This document shows positions 26,106 through 35,643 of a stretch of 64,000 nucleotides of DNA, in pieces. The stretch covers positions 30,823-94,822 of the forward strand of contig CAKOOO010000001.1 of assembly GCA_934098665.1 (NCBI GenBank), written 5' to 3'. The stretch is from an uncultured Bacilli bacterium. Lineage in GTDB: Bacteria; Bacillota_I; Bacilli_A; RF39; UBA660. Each line of letters begins with the position of its first letter. Within the stretch, counting starts at the first letter, position 1. Under the pieces are notes generated by a model. That model was given only the letters and a program-made list of their open reading frames with translations. It made no database searches and was not told the DNA's origin. A program made the translations under genes and the position numbers.

Positions 26106-29100
26106 CTATAAAGTTCTTTCTAGACCTTCATTTGTTTCAAGCATATTTAAATAATTATTTACATTTGAATTTAGCATACCTAAATTTTGGGGATATTCAG
26201 CACTAATGGTCTCAAGTAATTTTTTAGTTTCTGAAACATTTCTATCAAGAATAGCCTTAAATAAACTCATAACATTATTTGTAAGTTCGTTTGCTTTTTG
26301 CGCTGATGTAATGCCCATATTTATTGCAACTTCACTACCTATTAAAGGAAGTAAATCATCTCTTGCCATTTCAAGAGCATTTATTGTAACAAAATGATTT
26401 ATAATAATTTGATTTATTTTAAATAGTTCTTGATTTAAAAGCGTTCTTGTAACATTAAATCTATTATTTTTTTCTTTCATTATCTGTTGCATCGTATTTA
26501 CCTCTAAAAAAGAAGCATAAGTAAGTGCATCTTCTGGATTAATTTTACTTAGCTTTTCATTTAAAATATTTAAAATTTCATTTGATTTTTTTGAATATTC
26601 ATTATTTTTATGAAAATAAATTGTGATATATTTTCTTATTAAATCAAATGTTAATAACTCTTTTGAAAGAATTTTTATATTATCATTAATAGCATTTTTT
26701 AAAGTACTTATATCTGTAATACTTTTTTCTTCTTCATAAGGTTCCACTAGAAAAGACCAAAAACTTTTTTTAGGTTTATTTTTTTTAGATAGTAAATCAT
26801 TTATTGTTTGAATAGACAAACTAGCACTATTTATAGATAATGCCTTTCTTTCTTCACTCGAAAGGACTTCATACTCAGCATTTAAACTTTTACCAAAATT
26901 CATAACAGAATTTAAACTTTGAATATCAATATTCTCAACTTCTAAATTGTTTAAGTTTTCAATAGTTTCTGAAAGTGATGGAACATATCTTTTAGTATTT
27001 GTAAGTTCATATAAAAGTGCTTTTTTATTATTTATTAAATCATCAAAATAATTACTTTCTATTAGATTTATTAATATATTTTGTAAACTATTTTTATATT
27101 TATGGCCATTAACTTCCGTAATAAAATAATTTTCTAAGGATACAAAATTTTCTAAATTAATATCATTATAAGCAAATTCACTATTAAAAATGCCAAATTT
27201 TTCTATAATACTTTCTTTAGTTATACCATATTTTTCTAAAGATTTTTGGTAAAAATAAATTGCATCATTATCAAAATTCATAGATATAAATTCATATAAC
27301 ATATTTACTTTTATATTAGTTAAATTTATTTTGCATAGTTTTTCAAGTAATTGTAAAGTAGCATTATCATTTTCTATACATAACATTTTTTTATAATCAT
27401 CATATTTTTTCTTATTTGATACCCTATTAATTTCTTTATCCATATTTTCTTTAATTTCATCTATAGTTTTACCCATAAATAATTTTTTTAAAATTAGACT
27501 ATTATCTTTTTCTTCTTCAAAAAGTTTATATAAAGTTTTTAATATGCTTTTTTCTAAATATGAACCAAAAACTTTTTCAACCTCTATAGGATAATCAACA
27601 TTATTAAATTTTTGTTTTAAAGTTGTATTTACTCTTCCATCAGAAAGATTAATTTCTAAATAATTATCACATGAAAATATAAAACTAACATTATAAATAT
27701 CCTTGAGTGTTTTTTTAAGACTATTTTCATCTAAACCAGTATTTTTCAAAACATCAGATAAAGCGTTTACTATATTTGATTTAAATGAGTATAAAGTTAG
27801 CATTATTGAAAATACTTTTAAATCAGTTTTTGATAAAACGTTATTTACAACTTCACAAGATTCTAATTTTTCATAAATTTCATATGATGTATTAAAAAAC
27901 TCTTTATAAGTTTTATCTTTATCTTTGTAAATTCTTTCGTAAGATTCTTCATTTTCTTTCATTTCTAAAAGTTTATAATAATTTATAACATCACTATCTA
28001 GATTATTAGTTTTATTTTTTGTAAATGTATTAAATAAATTCATTATAAAATCACTACTTGTCATAAATTTTAATTTGTCTTTAGCATCTTTATAACCTAT
28101 TAATATTTCATTTAAATATGTTTGATAGTCTATATATTGAGAGTCACTTAATACAATACTATATTTAGATAAAATCATTTCAAGAGTAATTCCATTTTCT
28201 AAAAAATATTTTGATAGTTTGCCATTATTTTGATAATCAAATATGATAAGTGTTAAATACATATTATCATTAGGATAAAGCCTTTTATTATGAGTATTAA
28301 CGCTATTATACATAGCACATATCAATTGATAATCACCTTTTTCTTTTGGAACAGTATCAGCATAAAATTCTGTAATAATTTCCTCTTTTGAAGGAGTGAG
28401 CAAAATACTTTTAGCTTTTTCTTTAGTTAGCCCTGCATTTAAAAATATTTTTTCAACCTCCACTGAGTTAGTTACATTTCTATTAAATAATGCTAAAAAT
28501 AATTCATTTATATTTTTATATTTTAAATATTTTTCAAAATAATATTTTACTAGTGTATAATCTACCTTTTCATTTTCTATAAAAGTACTATATTTTTCTT
28601 TATTTACAATATCAAATTCATAAGTGGAAAGTTTATTTTGAATTTCTTTACAAGAACTAGTTAAAAGTATAGACATTAAAATTGTAATACTTGATAAGTC
28701 ATTATAGTCACTAAAGTTATCTTTTGCTTTTTGAAATATTATAGATGCATTTTCTACGACTTTAATAACATCAATACTTGCCTTTTCATATAAATCATTT
28801 CTGATTTCACTTATATAGTTCATTTCCATATTATTAATGTTATTATCATAAGGCAATATTTTTGCTACACTTACTTGAGGTATAAAGCAATATTCAATAT
28901 TATTCATTTTATAGCATTGCATTACAACCCTTTTATAAATTTTTAAAGGAGATAATGTTATATAGTCAATTTCATTATTTAAAAAGCAAAAATAAGAATT
29001 TAAATTATTAAACAATTCTTCATAATTAGTATTTGGATTGTATGAGGACAATTTGATATTCGCAAGTTTGTGTTCCTCGATGACACCACTATAATAATTA

Positions 29101-29351
29101 GTTTTTTCAAAATAAACATCATTTTTTAAAATATCTTTTGAGTGTGAACTATAAGGCGTAGTATTAAAAATTTTAATCATTAATACTGCTAACTTGCTTT
29201 CTTCAATGGAAAAATATATATTTTTTCTGCAACCACAAACTAAAATATTTCTTAAATACAAATCTTCATATTTTGAATAATTTTTCAAAACTGTAAATAC
29301 AAAATCTTTTGTTTCTTTTGGAACAAGTTCCATAAATTTTTGATAATTCAT
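26106..29351 (-). CDS. large uncharacterised cytoplasmic protein; C-terminal ~350 aa TelA/YaaN-like
   Basis: About 1080 aa with no TM segments or signal peptide. Start placed at MNYQKF (29351), 5 nt after GGGGT. The C-terminal helical region resembles the toxic-anion-resistance TelA family; this is from memory and not verified. Confidence 0.6.
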   Translation of the reverse strand: MNYQKFMELVPKETKDFVFTVLKNYSKYEDLYLRNILVCGCRKNIYFSIEESKLAVLMIKIFNTTPYSSHSKDILKNDVYFEKTNYYSGVIEEHKLANIKLSSYNPNTNYEELFNNLNSYFCFLNNEIDYITLSPLKIYKRVVMQCYKMNNIEYCFIPQVSVAKILPYDNNINNMEMNYISEIRNDLYEKASIDVIKVVENASIIFQKAKDNFSDYNDLSSITILMSILLTSSCKEIQNKLSTYEFDIVNKEKYSTFIENEKVDYTLVKYYFEKYLKYKNINELFLALFNRNVTNSVEVEKIFLNAGLTKEKAKSILLTPSKEEIITEFYADTVPKEKGDYQLICAMYNSVNTHNKRLYPNDNMYLTLIIFDYQNNGKLSKYFLENGITLEMILSKYSIVLSDSQYIDYQTYLNEILIGYKDAKDKLKFMTSSDFIMNLFNTFTKNKTNNLDSDVINYYKLLEMKENEESYERIYKDKDKTYKEFFNTSYEIYEKLESCEVVNNVLSKTDLKVFSIMLTLYSFKSNIVNALSDVLKNTGLDENSLKKTLKDIYNVSFIFSCDNYLEINLSDGRVNTTLKQKFNNVDYPIEVEKVFGSYLEKSILKTLYKLFEEEKDNSLILKKLFMGKTIDEIKENMDKEINRVSNKKKYDDYKKMLCIENDNATLQLLEKLCKINLTNIKVNMLYEFISMNFDNDAIYFYQKSLEKYGITKESIIEKFGIFNSEFAYNDINLENFVSLENYFITEVNGHKYKNSLQNILINLIESNYFDDLINNKKALLYELTNTKRYVPSLSETIENLNNLEVENIDIQSLNSVMNFGKSLNAEYEVLSSEERKALSINSASLSIQTINDLLSKKNKPKKSFWSFLVEPYEEEKSITDISTLKNAINDNIKILSKELLTFDLIRKYITIYFHKNNEYSKKSNEILNILNEKLSKINPEDALTYASFLEVNTMQQIMKEKNNRFNVTRTLLNQELFKINQIIINHFVTINALEMARDDLLPLIGSEVAINMGITSAQKANELTNNVMSLFKAILDRNVSETKKLLETISAEYPQNLGMLNSNVNNYLNMLETNEGLERTL

Positions 29352-29384
29352 AATTACCCCCATAAAGTGAAATTATTGTACCAT

Positions 29385-29409
29385 AAAAAAAAGGATATTT
29401 CAATTATCC
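29385..29409 (-). terminator. rho-independent terminator of the DUF218 gene
   Basis: Minus strand reads GGATA-ATTGAAA-TATCC followed by T8. Overlaps the stop codon at 29404-29406. Confidence 0.55.
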
Positions 29410-30141
29410 TAATATTAGAAATTTTACAAAAGCAAGGGCTTCCCTTAAAAGGTTATTTGGAAGATAGTATTCGTTAGAACCCGCAGGTAATCCTTTAGCA
29501 TTTACGCCATATTTTTTGCCTATCAAAAGAGCTCTATACATATGAAAATTATTTGTAACTATTCCAATAGTTTTATTATCACGGGTTAATTTTTTTGAAT
29601 TAATTAAATTTTCTTTAGTAGTATGGCTTTTATCTTCAATAATTATTCTTTCTTCATTAATACCATTTTCTATTAAATATTTTTTCATAATACTTGCTTC
29701 GGTATACTTTTCATTATTACCTTTGCCACCACTTACAATTACAAAAGTATTTTCATTTTCTTTCAAATAACTTACTGCTTTATCAAGTCTATATTTTAAA
29801 ACTATGCTTGGTTTATCATCATTAACTTGGGCTCCTAAAACAATGATATAATCTAAATTATTTACATTTTTTATATTCATTTTACTTATAATTAAACTTT
29901 CAATAATTAAAAAAATACCTAAACATATAGCTAAAATAATAATAAATATTTTTTTAAAAGTTTTATGTTTATCAAAAAAATTAATTTTTATTAAAATAAA
30001 CATGGTAAGAAAAAATATACTTATTAAAAACCATATTAAATAAAATAATGTTCCAGAATTAACATTTAAAATAGATATACCATATAAAAATGTAATAACA
30101 CATAAAACTAAATTTATTATTAATAATATTTTTCTTTTCAT
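29404..30141 (-). CDS. YdcF/ElyC-like DUF218 membrane protein
   Basis: N-terminal TM helices followed by a DUF218-like domain (IIVLGAQV..., VIVSGGKGN, HTTKEN, IVTNNFHMYRA). Start taken at MKRKILL (30141). Confidence 0.7.
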   Translation of the reverse strand: MKRKILLIINLVLCVITFLYGISILNVNSGTLFYLIWFLISIFFLTMFILIKINFFDKHKTFKKIFIIILAICLGIFLIIESLIISKMNIKNVNNLDYIIVLGAQVNDDKPSIVLKYRLDKAVSYLKENENTFVIVSGGKGNNEKYTEASIMKKYLIENGINEERIIIEDKSHTTKENLINSKKLTRDNKTIGIVTNNFHMYRALLIGKKYGVNAKGLPAGSNEYYLPNNLLREALAFVKFLILG

Positions 30142-30205
30142 ATCTATATTATAACTAAATTTTATTAAAAAAAATACTACTTTTTTTACATTAAGTAGCA
30201 TTTAA

Positions 30206-32689
30206 TTACTCTATTACAAAAGGATTTGTATATGAGCCATCACCTGATGATATTTCAGTTCCAGGTTTGATGGAAACGGCAGAGCGCACACCCCCCTCGC
30301 GGCCCACGTTTTCGTTCCAGCTACTGGAGCTCACTCCCAAGACGGCGGAGGTGTTAATGCCGAATCTGTAGGGAGAACTAAGAAAAACATTTTGGCCATT
30401 ATCAAAGTAATGACCATTTGAATTTGAATATCCCGCTAAACTTAATTCTGGTGCTGTTAATAATCCTATAGGATATTTTAACCTTGCTTTTGGATTATTT
30501 ACACTAAATCTATCTGTTTCATTTGCACATACTAAACTTTTATTCCTTAGACTATAATTTTTAAATTGTAATTCAGTTGTTGTACTTCCTCCATTTGGAT
30601 TCCAACCATTTTGTGATTCATTATCCATTGACCTATCATTACAAAATACTGTATCTTCTAGCCTATCATCATATTTATCTTTTATATTTTCTTCATACCA
30701 ACTATCTATATATGCTTTTATTGTACTATCTTTTGTATTTACATCATCGTTATATAACATTTCATTTAAAGCATCATTTACTGATTTTCCTCCAGTTAAG
30801 GTTATGTAATATAACGTTCCATTAGAATCATAATATACATAATAAACGGAGGTACAGCTATTACCATTTGTTAAACATGTATAATGATGAGTATTTACAT
30901 TTGTACTACTTGTACTCCATGTATCTGAATTTATTGTTACTGTATCAGTTAATGTATATGTTCCATTATATGTAAATGATGAACCAAATACATAATTACT
31001 TCCATTATCTGTTCCATCTACATCTCCTTTTGACAATGAGTAATAATAAATATAATTTGATTTATATCCTACTATATAATATACATTCGTACATGTTTCT
31101 GTTATAGAACTACTACTACAAGTATATTTTCCCACTAATGAACTTATATTTGACCATGTTACATTTAATGTTGTTGCTGTTGCACTATCAAGTGTATATT
31201 TACTCATACTACTATCATATATTACTGCATCGGCATATGCTTTTGTTCCATCGAAATATTCATTATTTACTATTGCTTTACTTGAAGGTGTATATACTTT
31301 GTTTTCATTATACATGTATCCCACATATGCTGGTGAATTATAATTACTATTAAATAGAGTTGTTCCTATTTGTGAATTATCTCCTATATTATTACATGAT
31401 TTTATTATACTATTAACTCTACCAAAACTAAATATTACATTATTTCTATCTCCTATCGTCCATGAATATTTTCTTGTATATATAATTTTTATTACATTTG
31501 ATGTAGTTAAGTTTTTAAAAACAATTTGTCCATTATCTGTTCCTGTAAATTTTCCTTGACTTACGTTATCTTTAAATATTTCTACATTTATACCATATTC
31601 ATAATCATTCATTGATAAATCATAATTTATTACATAATCTCCATTTGATGGTGCAGTAAATGATATTGTTGAACTATTTGTTCCAGTATTTGTACTTGTC
31701 CACATTTTATTTGTTTCATCAAATGTATATGGATATGTAGCATCATTACTTAAATTTACATATTCTGACTGACTTAATGACTCTGAAGTATAAAAATCTT
31801 TCTGTACACCATTATATACTATTTTAACTCCACCAGTATCTGTAGTTCTTACTATCTTCCAGCAGTAGTTTGCAAATAAAACATTATTATTTTCTACATT
31901 GCCATCAAAATAATATATATTATTTGCATATGTTGTTGTATCGCCATAATCTGCTCCATTATATAGTTTTACATATTCATCATTTGCATTATATCTTTTA
32001 GCAATTGCATTATATAAAGTTGGTTCTAATTCTTCAACTGTACAACTATTATTTTCTACATATATTGTTCCTGTAAACGATTTATCTACTAGTTGTGACT
32101 GGTCTAAATTTAAATTATAGTATCTTCCTGTTATATTTATATCTTGTATAGTACTTGTTCCACTACTTTTAATGGTGGCTCCTTTTACAAGTATTTTTTT
32201 TGCTCCTACTGTAGATGTTTTTGGTGTCCATGAGCTATCATAAGCAAAATTAGTTTCATTTACATAACTATTTGTTCCACTTGGGCTTTCTACTTGCATC
32301 GTAATTTCTTTTGTAGCTCCACTTGTTACATTTACTGTGTTTCCATATATTTCACTATCAAGATTATATTCATATACTACATCATATGTACATGTTGTTG
32401 TTACGTTTGGTGCTCCAGTTAAATTAACAGTAAGCGTTGCTGTATTTTCTGCGGCTAGTCCAGTATTTCCCTTAAACATACCACTTTTAGGTACTATTAC
32501 ATTTAAATTTGCACTTGTGGCAATAAAAGAGGTATTACCTATATCATTTGCATAAATATTTACCGCTACTTTATTTTCTAAATTTACTGTAAACATCCCA
32601 AAATATGCAAATGATGCCCCAATTAATATTAGAAGTAATACTAAACATGCTATAGCACTTTTTATAGTTATTTTCTTTTTATTTTTCAT
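30206..32689 (-). CDS. variable surface protein, paralogue A2 (827 aa) with a different N-terminal module
   Basis: Residues ~224-827 are closely similar to A1 residues ~104-717. The N-terminal ~220 aa are unrelated to A1 and begin MKNKKKITIKSAIACLVLLLILIGASFAYFG, resembling a TasA/camelysin SipW-type signal peptide. Confidence 0.85.
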   Translation of the reverse strand: MKNKKKITIKSAIACLVLLLILIGASFAYFGMFTVNLENKVAVNIYANDIGNTSFIATSANLNVIVPKSGMFKGNTGLAAENTATLTVNLTGAPNVTTTCTYDVVYEYNLDSEIYGNTVNVTSGATKEITMQVESPSGTNSYVNETNFAYDSSWTPKTSTVGAKKILVKGATIKSSGTSTIQDINITGRYYNLNLDQSQLVDKSFTGTIYVENNSCTVEELEPTLYNAIAKRYNANDEYVKLYNGADYGDTTTYANNIYYFDGNVENNNVLFANYCWKIVRTTDTGGVKIVYNGVQKDFYTSESLSQSEYVNLSNDATYPYTFDETNKMWTSTNTGTNSSTISFTAPSNGDYVINYDLSMNDYEYGINVEIFKDNVSQGKFTGTDNGQIVFKNLTTSNVIKIIYTRKYSWTIGDRNNVIFSFGRVNSIIKSCNNIGDNSQIGTTLFNSNYNSPAYVGYMYNENKVYTPSSKAIVNNEYFDGTKAYADAVIYDSSMSKYTLDSATATTLNVTWSNISSLVGKYTCSSSSITETCTNVYYIVGYKSNYIYYYSLSKGDVDGTDNGSNYVFGSSFTYNGTYTLTDTVTINSDTWSTSSTNVNTHHYTCLTNGNSCTSVYYVYYDSNGTLYYITLTGGKSVNDALNEMLYNDDVNTKDSTIKAYIDSWYEENIKDKYDDRLEDTVFCNDRSMDNESQNGWNPNGGSTTTELQFKNYSLRNKSLVCANETDRFSVNNPKARLKYPIGLLTAPELSLAGYSNSNGHYFDNGQNVFLSSPYRFGINTSAVLGVSSSSWNENVGREGGVRSAVSIKPGTEISSGDGSYTNPFVIE
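30272..30373 (-). other. GC-rich NNC-codon patch (candidate DGR variable region) in A2
   Basis: Hand count gives about 62% G+C, and 19 of 34 codons end in C. Encodes PYRFGINTSAVLGVSSSSWNENVGREGGVRSAVS. It sits at the same position as the A1 patch, but the sequence differs and is 3 codons shorter. Confidence 0.55.
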
Positions 32690-32811
32690 AAAAACTTCTT
32701 TCCTTTCTTTAGTATGTTATTTATTATTTAAATAAATACGAACAATTAAAATTTTTTCAAAATTTAAATCTTAATTTTTTCCCGTAAGTACGCACGTCTT
32801 TTTTCTTATAT

Positions 32812-32936
32812 TAGGTAGATTTAAGAAAAATACATAACGTAATTTCGTTATTTAGACTTTAAAAATTACAAAAAATGATGTATTATTTAATAGTAAGGTA
32901 CGTAAAATCGAAGTAAGATTTTCTTAAATCTACCTA
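32812..32936 (+). promoter_or_regulatory. invertible promoter cassette 3 (promoter faces away from gene A2: OFF)
   Basis: Perfect 18-bp inverted repeats: TAGGTAGATTTAAGAAAA at 32812-32829 and its reverse complement at 32919-32936. The core carries, on the plus strand, TTTAAA (32858-32863), 17 nt, then TATTAT (32881-32886). The core is the reverse complement of the locus 1 core. Confidence 0.8.
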
Positions 32937-33035
32937 CTTTAGGAAAATACGAACAAGATAAACACTTAAGAAAATGAAAATTAATAAATTTTTTAAATTT
33001 ACATAAAAAAATTAAAGTAAATTACTCTAATTTTC

Positions 33036-33587
33036 TTATTTATTAACTCCATATTTTTTAGTAATAGGATCTAAAAATAATTCATTTTTTAAGGGATATA
33101 TTGTTAAAAGTAAATAAAAAGCAAATATAATAAATAAAATAATGCAACCTAAATAATTTAAAACAAATATTTCTTTAACATTATTTATTATATAATAATA
33201 AAAGTACTGGGAAACAAATACCGCTATATAAAAAATTAAAATATCTATAACTAAATAACTTTTTTTAGTAAACATTTTATAACCATAAAAAAGTATTGGA
33301 ATAAGTAAAATAACTATAATAATTGAGATAGATTTTGCAAAAAAATAGTTTATAGGTAAATTTATGCCTTCGAAAATTCCTAATAAAAATGAAGCAGAAA
33401 GTGCCATCTTAATATGTTCCCAAGTACTTTCATTTACTGCTGAAAAAATAGATGAAATTTTATTTTTATTAAATAACTTATATGTAAAATGAAAAAATGT
33501 ACCTAATATACTAACAAATAAAAAACCAATAATTAAATTCATAATATATGATATGAAAAAAAGTGCTACTTTATTCAACAGTAACAC
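33036..33587 (-). CDS. small polytopic membrane protein
   Basis: 183 aa with about 5 TM helices and an NESTWEHIKM motif. Overlaps the glmS stop, so the true start may be an internal Met. Confidence 0.55.
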   Translation of the reverse strand: MLLLNKVALFFISYIMNLIIGFLFVSILGTFFHFTYKLFNKNKISSIFSAVNESTWEHIKMALSASFLLGIFEGINLPINYFFAKSISIIIVILLIPILFYGYKMFTKKSYLVIDILIFYIAVFVSQYFYYYIINNVKEIFVLNYLGCIILFIIFAFYLLLTIYPLKNELFLDPITKKYGVNK

Positions 33588-35322
33588 TTTTTGCTAAATT
33601 TCTTGGTTTATCTATATCTTCACCTTTTAATAAGGCAACTTTATATGCAAGTAGTTGAAGACTTGCAACAACAAGTATAGGGTCTATAATACTATTTATA
33701 TGAGGTACTTTTATTTTATCATCATAAAAATCTCCCTGTATATCTAAACTTGTTATAAATAGTGAATATGCTCCCCTTGCATGAACTTCTTTAACATTAC
33801 TTATTGTTTTTAAAGCCAAATTTTCATCTGTAATTATACTCATTACTGGAGTATCATTTTCAATAAGGGAAATTGTACCATGTTTAAGTTCTCCAGAGGC
33901 AAATGCAGATGAGTTTATATAGCTTATTTCCTTTAATTTAAGGCTTCCTTCTTCGCAAAGGCCATAATCTATTCCCCTACCAATAAAGAAAGCATCTTTT
34001 TTATTATATATTTTTTTTGCGTATTTTTGATAGTCTATGTCAAATACAGTATCAAGTGCTTCATTTACTTTATAAAAATCATTTAAATCATTTACACCTC
34101 CCATTTTAAGGGCAATAAGTGTAAGAAGTAAATATTGAGCAGTAAATGCTTTAGTCGTTGCTACCGCTATTTCTGTTCCAGCTTTAATATATAATACTTT
34201 ACCTGCTTCTCTAGCTATCGAAGAACCTACTACATTTACAATAGCAAGAGTATCTATACCATCATTTTTAGTAATTCTAAGGGCCTCTAAAGTATCAGCA
34301 GTTTCACCAGATTGAGAAATAAATACTACTAAAGTATTCTTATCATAAAAATGTTTTTGATATCTAAATTCACTTGCTAAAAATACTTCACACTTAATAC
34401 TTGCATATTCTTCGAATACTTTTTTAGCAATATCTGCAGTATAACTTGCACTACCACAACCTACAAAATAAATATTTTTATATTTTTTAAACTCAGGCAT
34501 ATTTTCATTAAAATGACCATCAGTAATATAATGATTTAAAATATTATTAATAACTATAGGTTCTTCATGAATTTCCTTAAGCATAAAATGCGGATAATCA
34601 CCTTTCATTACATCATTACTTGTACCTTCAAAAGTTAAAAGTTTTTTCTTTAATAAATTTAAATTACTATCATAAATATATTCTTTATCAGAAATTTTAA
34701 CTATTTCATCATTTTCAAGTAAATAAAATTTATTTGTATATTTAAGTGCCGCTGTCATATCTGATACTAAAAAATATTCATTATTCTTTTTTGCAAGTAT
34801 TAAAGGAACATTTTTTCTAGCACCATATAAAGTATCAGGTTCATCTTCATTAATAATTGCAAGAGCATAACTTCCTTTTATATCGTTTTTAAGTCTTGCT
34901 AAAGTTTTAAGCATATCATGATTTTCATTATATAAATGATTTATATATCCACATAATATTTCTGTATCTGTTTCACTTTTTAAATTAACATTAATTATTT
35001 CCTTTAAATCTTTATAATTTTCAATAATACCATTATGAACAAGAGTTATTTTACCTTGTTTATGAGGATGTGCATTAATATCTGTTACTCCCCCATGAGT
35101 TGCCCATCTTGTATGAGCTATGCCAATGTTTCCATAGTCATCACTAGTAACTAAATTTTCAAGATTTTTAACCCTTCCTATAGTTTTTTTAATAGTTATT
35201 TTACCCCCATTTATATAAGCAAGTCCTGCTGAATCATAGCCTCTATATTCAAGTGATTTTAAGCCATTTAATAAAACAGGAATACTATTTTGGTTTCCTT
35301 TGTAACCAACAATTCCACACAT
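33571..35322 (-). CDS. glmS: glutamine--fructose-6-phosphate aminotransferase
   Basis: 583 aa with the N-terminal nucleophile MCGIVGY, two SIS domains and a C-terminal ...AKSVTVE. Preceded by the glmS ribozyme. Confidence 0.97.
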   Translation of the reverse strand: MCGIVGYKGNQNSIPVLLNGLKSLEYRGYDSAGLAYINGGKITIKKTIGRVKNLENLVTSDDYGNIGIAHTRWATHGGVTDINAHPHKQGKITLVHNGIIENYKDLKEIINVNLKSETDTEILCGYINHLYNENHDMLKTLARLKNDIKGSYALAIINEDEPDTLYGARKNVPLILAKKNNEYFLVSDMTAALKYTNKFYLLENDEIVKISDKEYIYDSNLNLLKKKLLTFEGTSNDVMKGDYPHFMLKEIHEEPIVINNILNHYITDGHFNENMPEFKKYKNIYFVGCGSASYTADIAKKVFEEYASIKCEVFLASEFRYQKHFYDKNTLVVFISQSGETADTLEALRITKNDGIDTLAIVNVVGSSIAREAGKVLYIKAGTEIAVATTKAFTAQYLLLTLIALKMGGVNDLNDFYKVNEALDTVFDIDYQKYAKKIYNKKDAFFIGRGIDYGLCEEGSLKLKEISYINSSAFASGELKHGTISLIENDTPVMSIITDENLALKTISNVKEVHARGAYSLFITSLDIQGDFYDDKIKVPHINSIIDPILVVASLQLLAYKVALLKGEDIDKPRNLAKSVTVE

Positions 35323-35347
35323 AAAAAATTTCCTTTCTTGTTTTATT

Positions 35348-35478
35348 AAATACCTCTTTGTTATAATTTATATTTTATTTTTTCAAAGTATTTTACGAAG
35401 TAAAACTTCTCCGCTTACACATCCGCTGAAAAATCGACAATGTAAGTCCTCGTCACCTATAACCGGCCATGCGCTATT
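35348..35478 (-). ncRNA. glmS ribozyme: glmS ribozyme/riboswitch
   Basis: Minus strand reads AGCGCAUGGCCGG...GUGACGAGGACUUACAUUGUCGAUUUUUCAGCGGAUGUGUAAGC.... This matches the conserved glmS ribozyme core (AGCGCC..., GACGAGG, AUCGAAUUUUCGGCGGAUGCC). It sits in the 5' UTR of glmS. Confidence 0.8.
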
Positions 35479-35519
35479 ATAAAAAAATACTCCTTTCGCT
35501 TTCTATAATTTCTAAAAAG

Positions 35520-35548
35520 ATTATACCACACATAATAATTTTTACCAA
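35520..35548 (-). promoter_or_regulatory. sigma-A-type promoter of the glmS leader
   Basis: Minus strand reads TTGGTA, 17 nt, then TGgTATAAT (extended -10), about 40 nt upstream of the ribozyme start. Confidence 0.55.
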
Positions 35549-35586
35549 ATTTTTTCATTAAACTATACATTAATTATGTAAATAAC

Positions 35587-35614
35587 TTGCAAATAGTAAT
35601 TAATTTGCTATAAT
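35587..35614 (+). promoter_or_regulatory. sigma-A-type promoter of the tandem HExxH genes
   Basis: TTGCAA (35587-35592), 16 nt, then TATAAT (35609-35614). Lies 30 nt upstream of the ATG at 35644. Confidence 0.5.
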
Positions 35615-35643
35615 AATATTTACGAAAAAGAAAGGCTGAAAAC

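Noticed and set aside
25856-26397. Track ORFs 25856-26206 (+) and 26206-26397 (+).
   Set aside because: The first runs from intergenic DNA into the antisense strand of the 1080-aa gene. The second is entirely antisense. Neither has an RBS, and both have the low-complexity AT-rich composition typical of shadow ORFs.
30577-32555. Plus-strand track ORFs 30577-30825, 31138-31353 and 32337-32555.
   Set aside because: They are antisense to gene A2 and have Leu/Tyr/His-rich low-complexity translations typical of the reverse strand of an Asn/Thr-rich gene.
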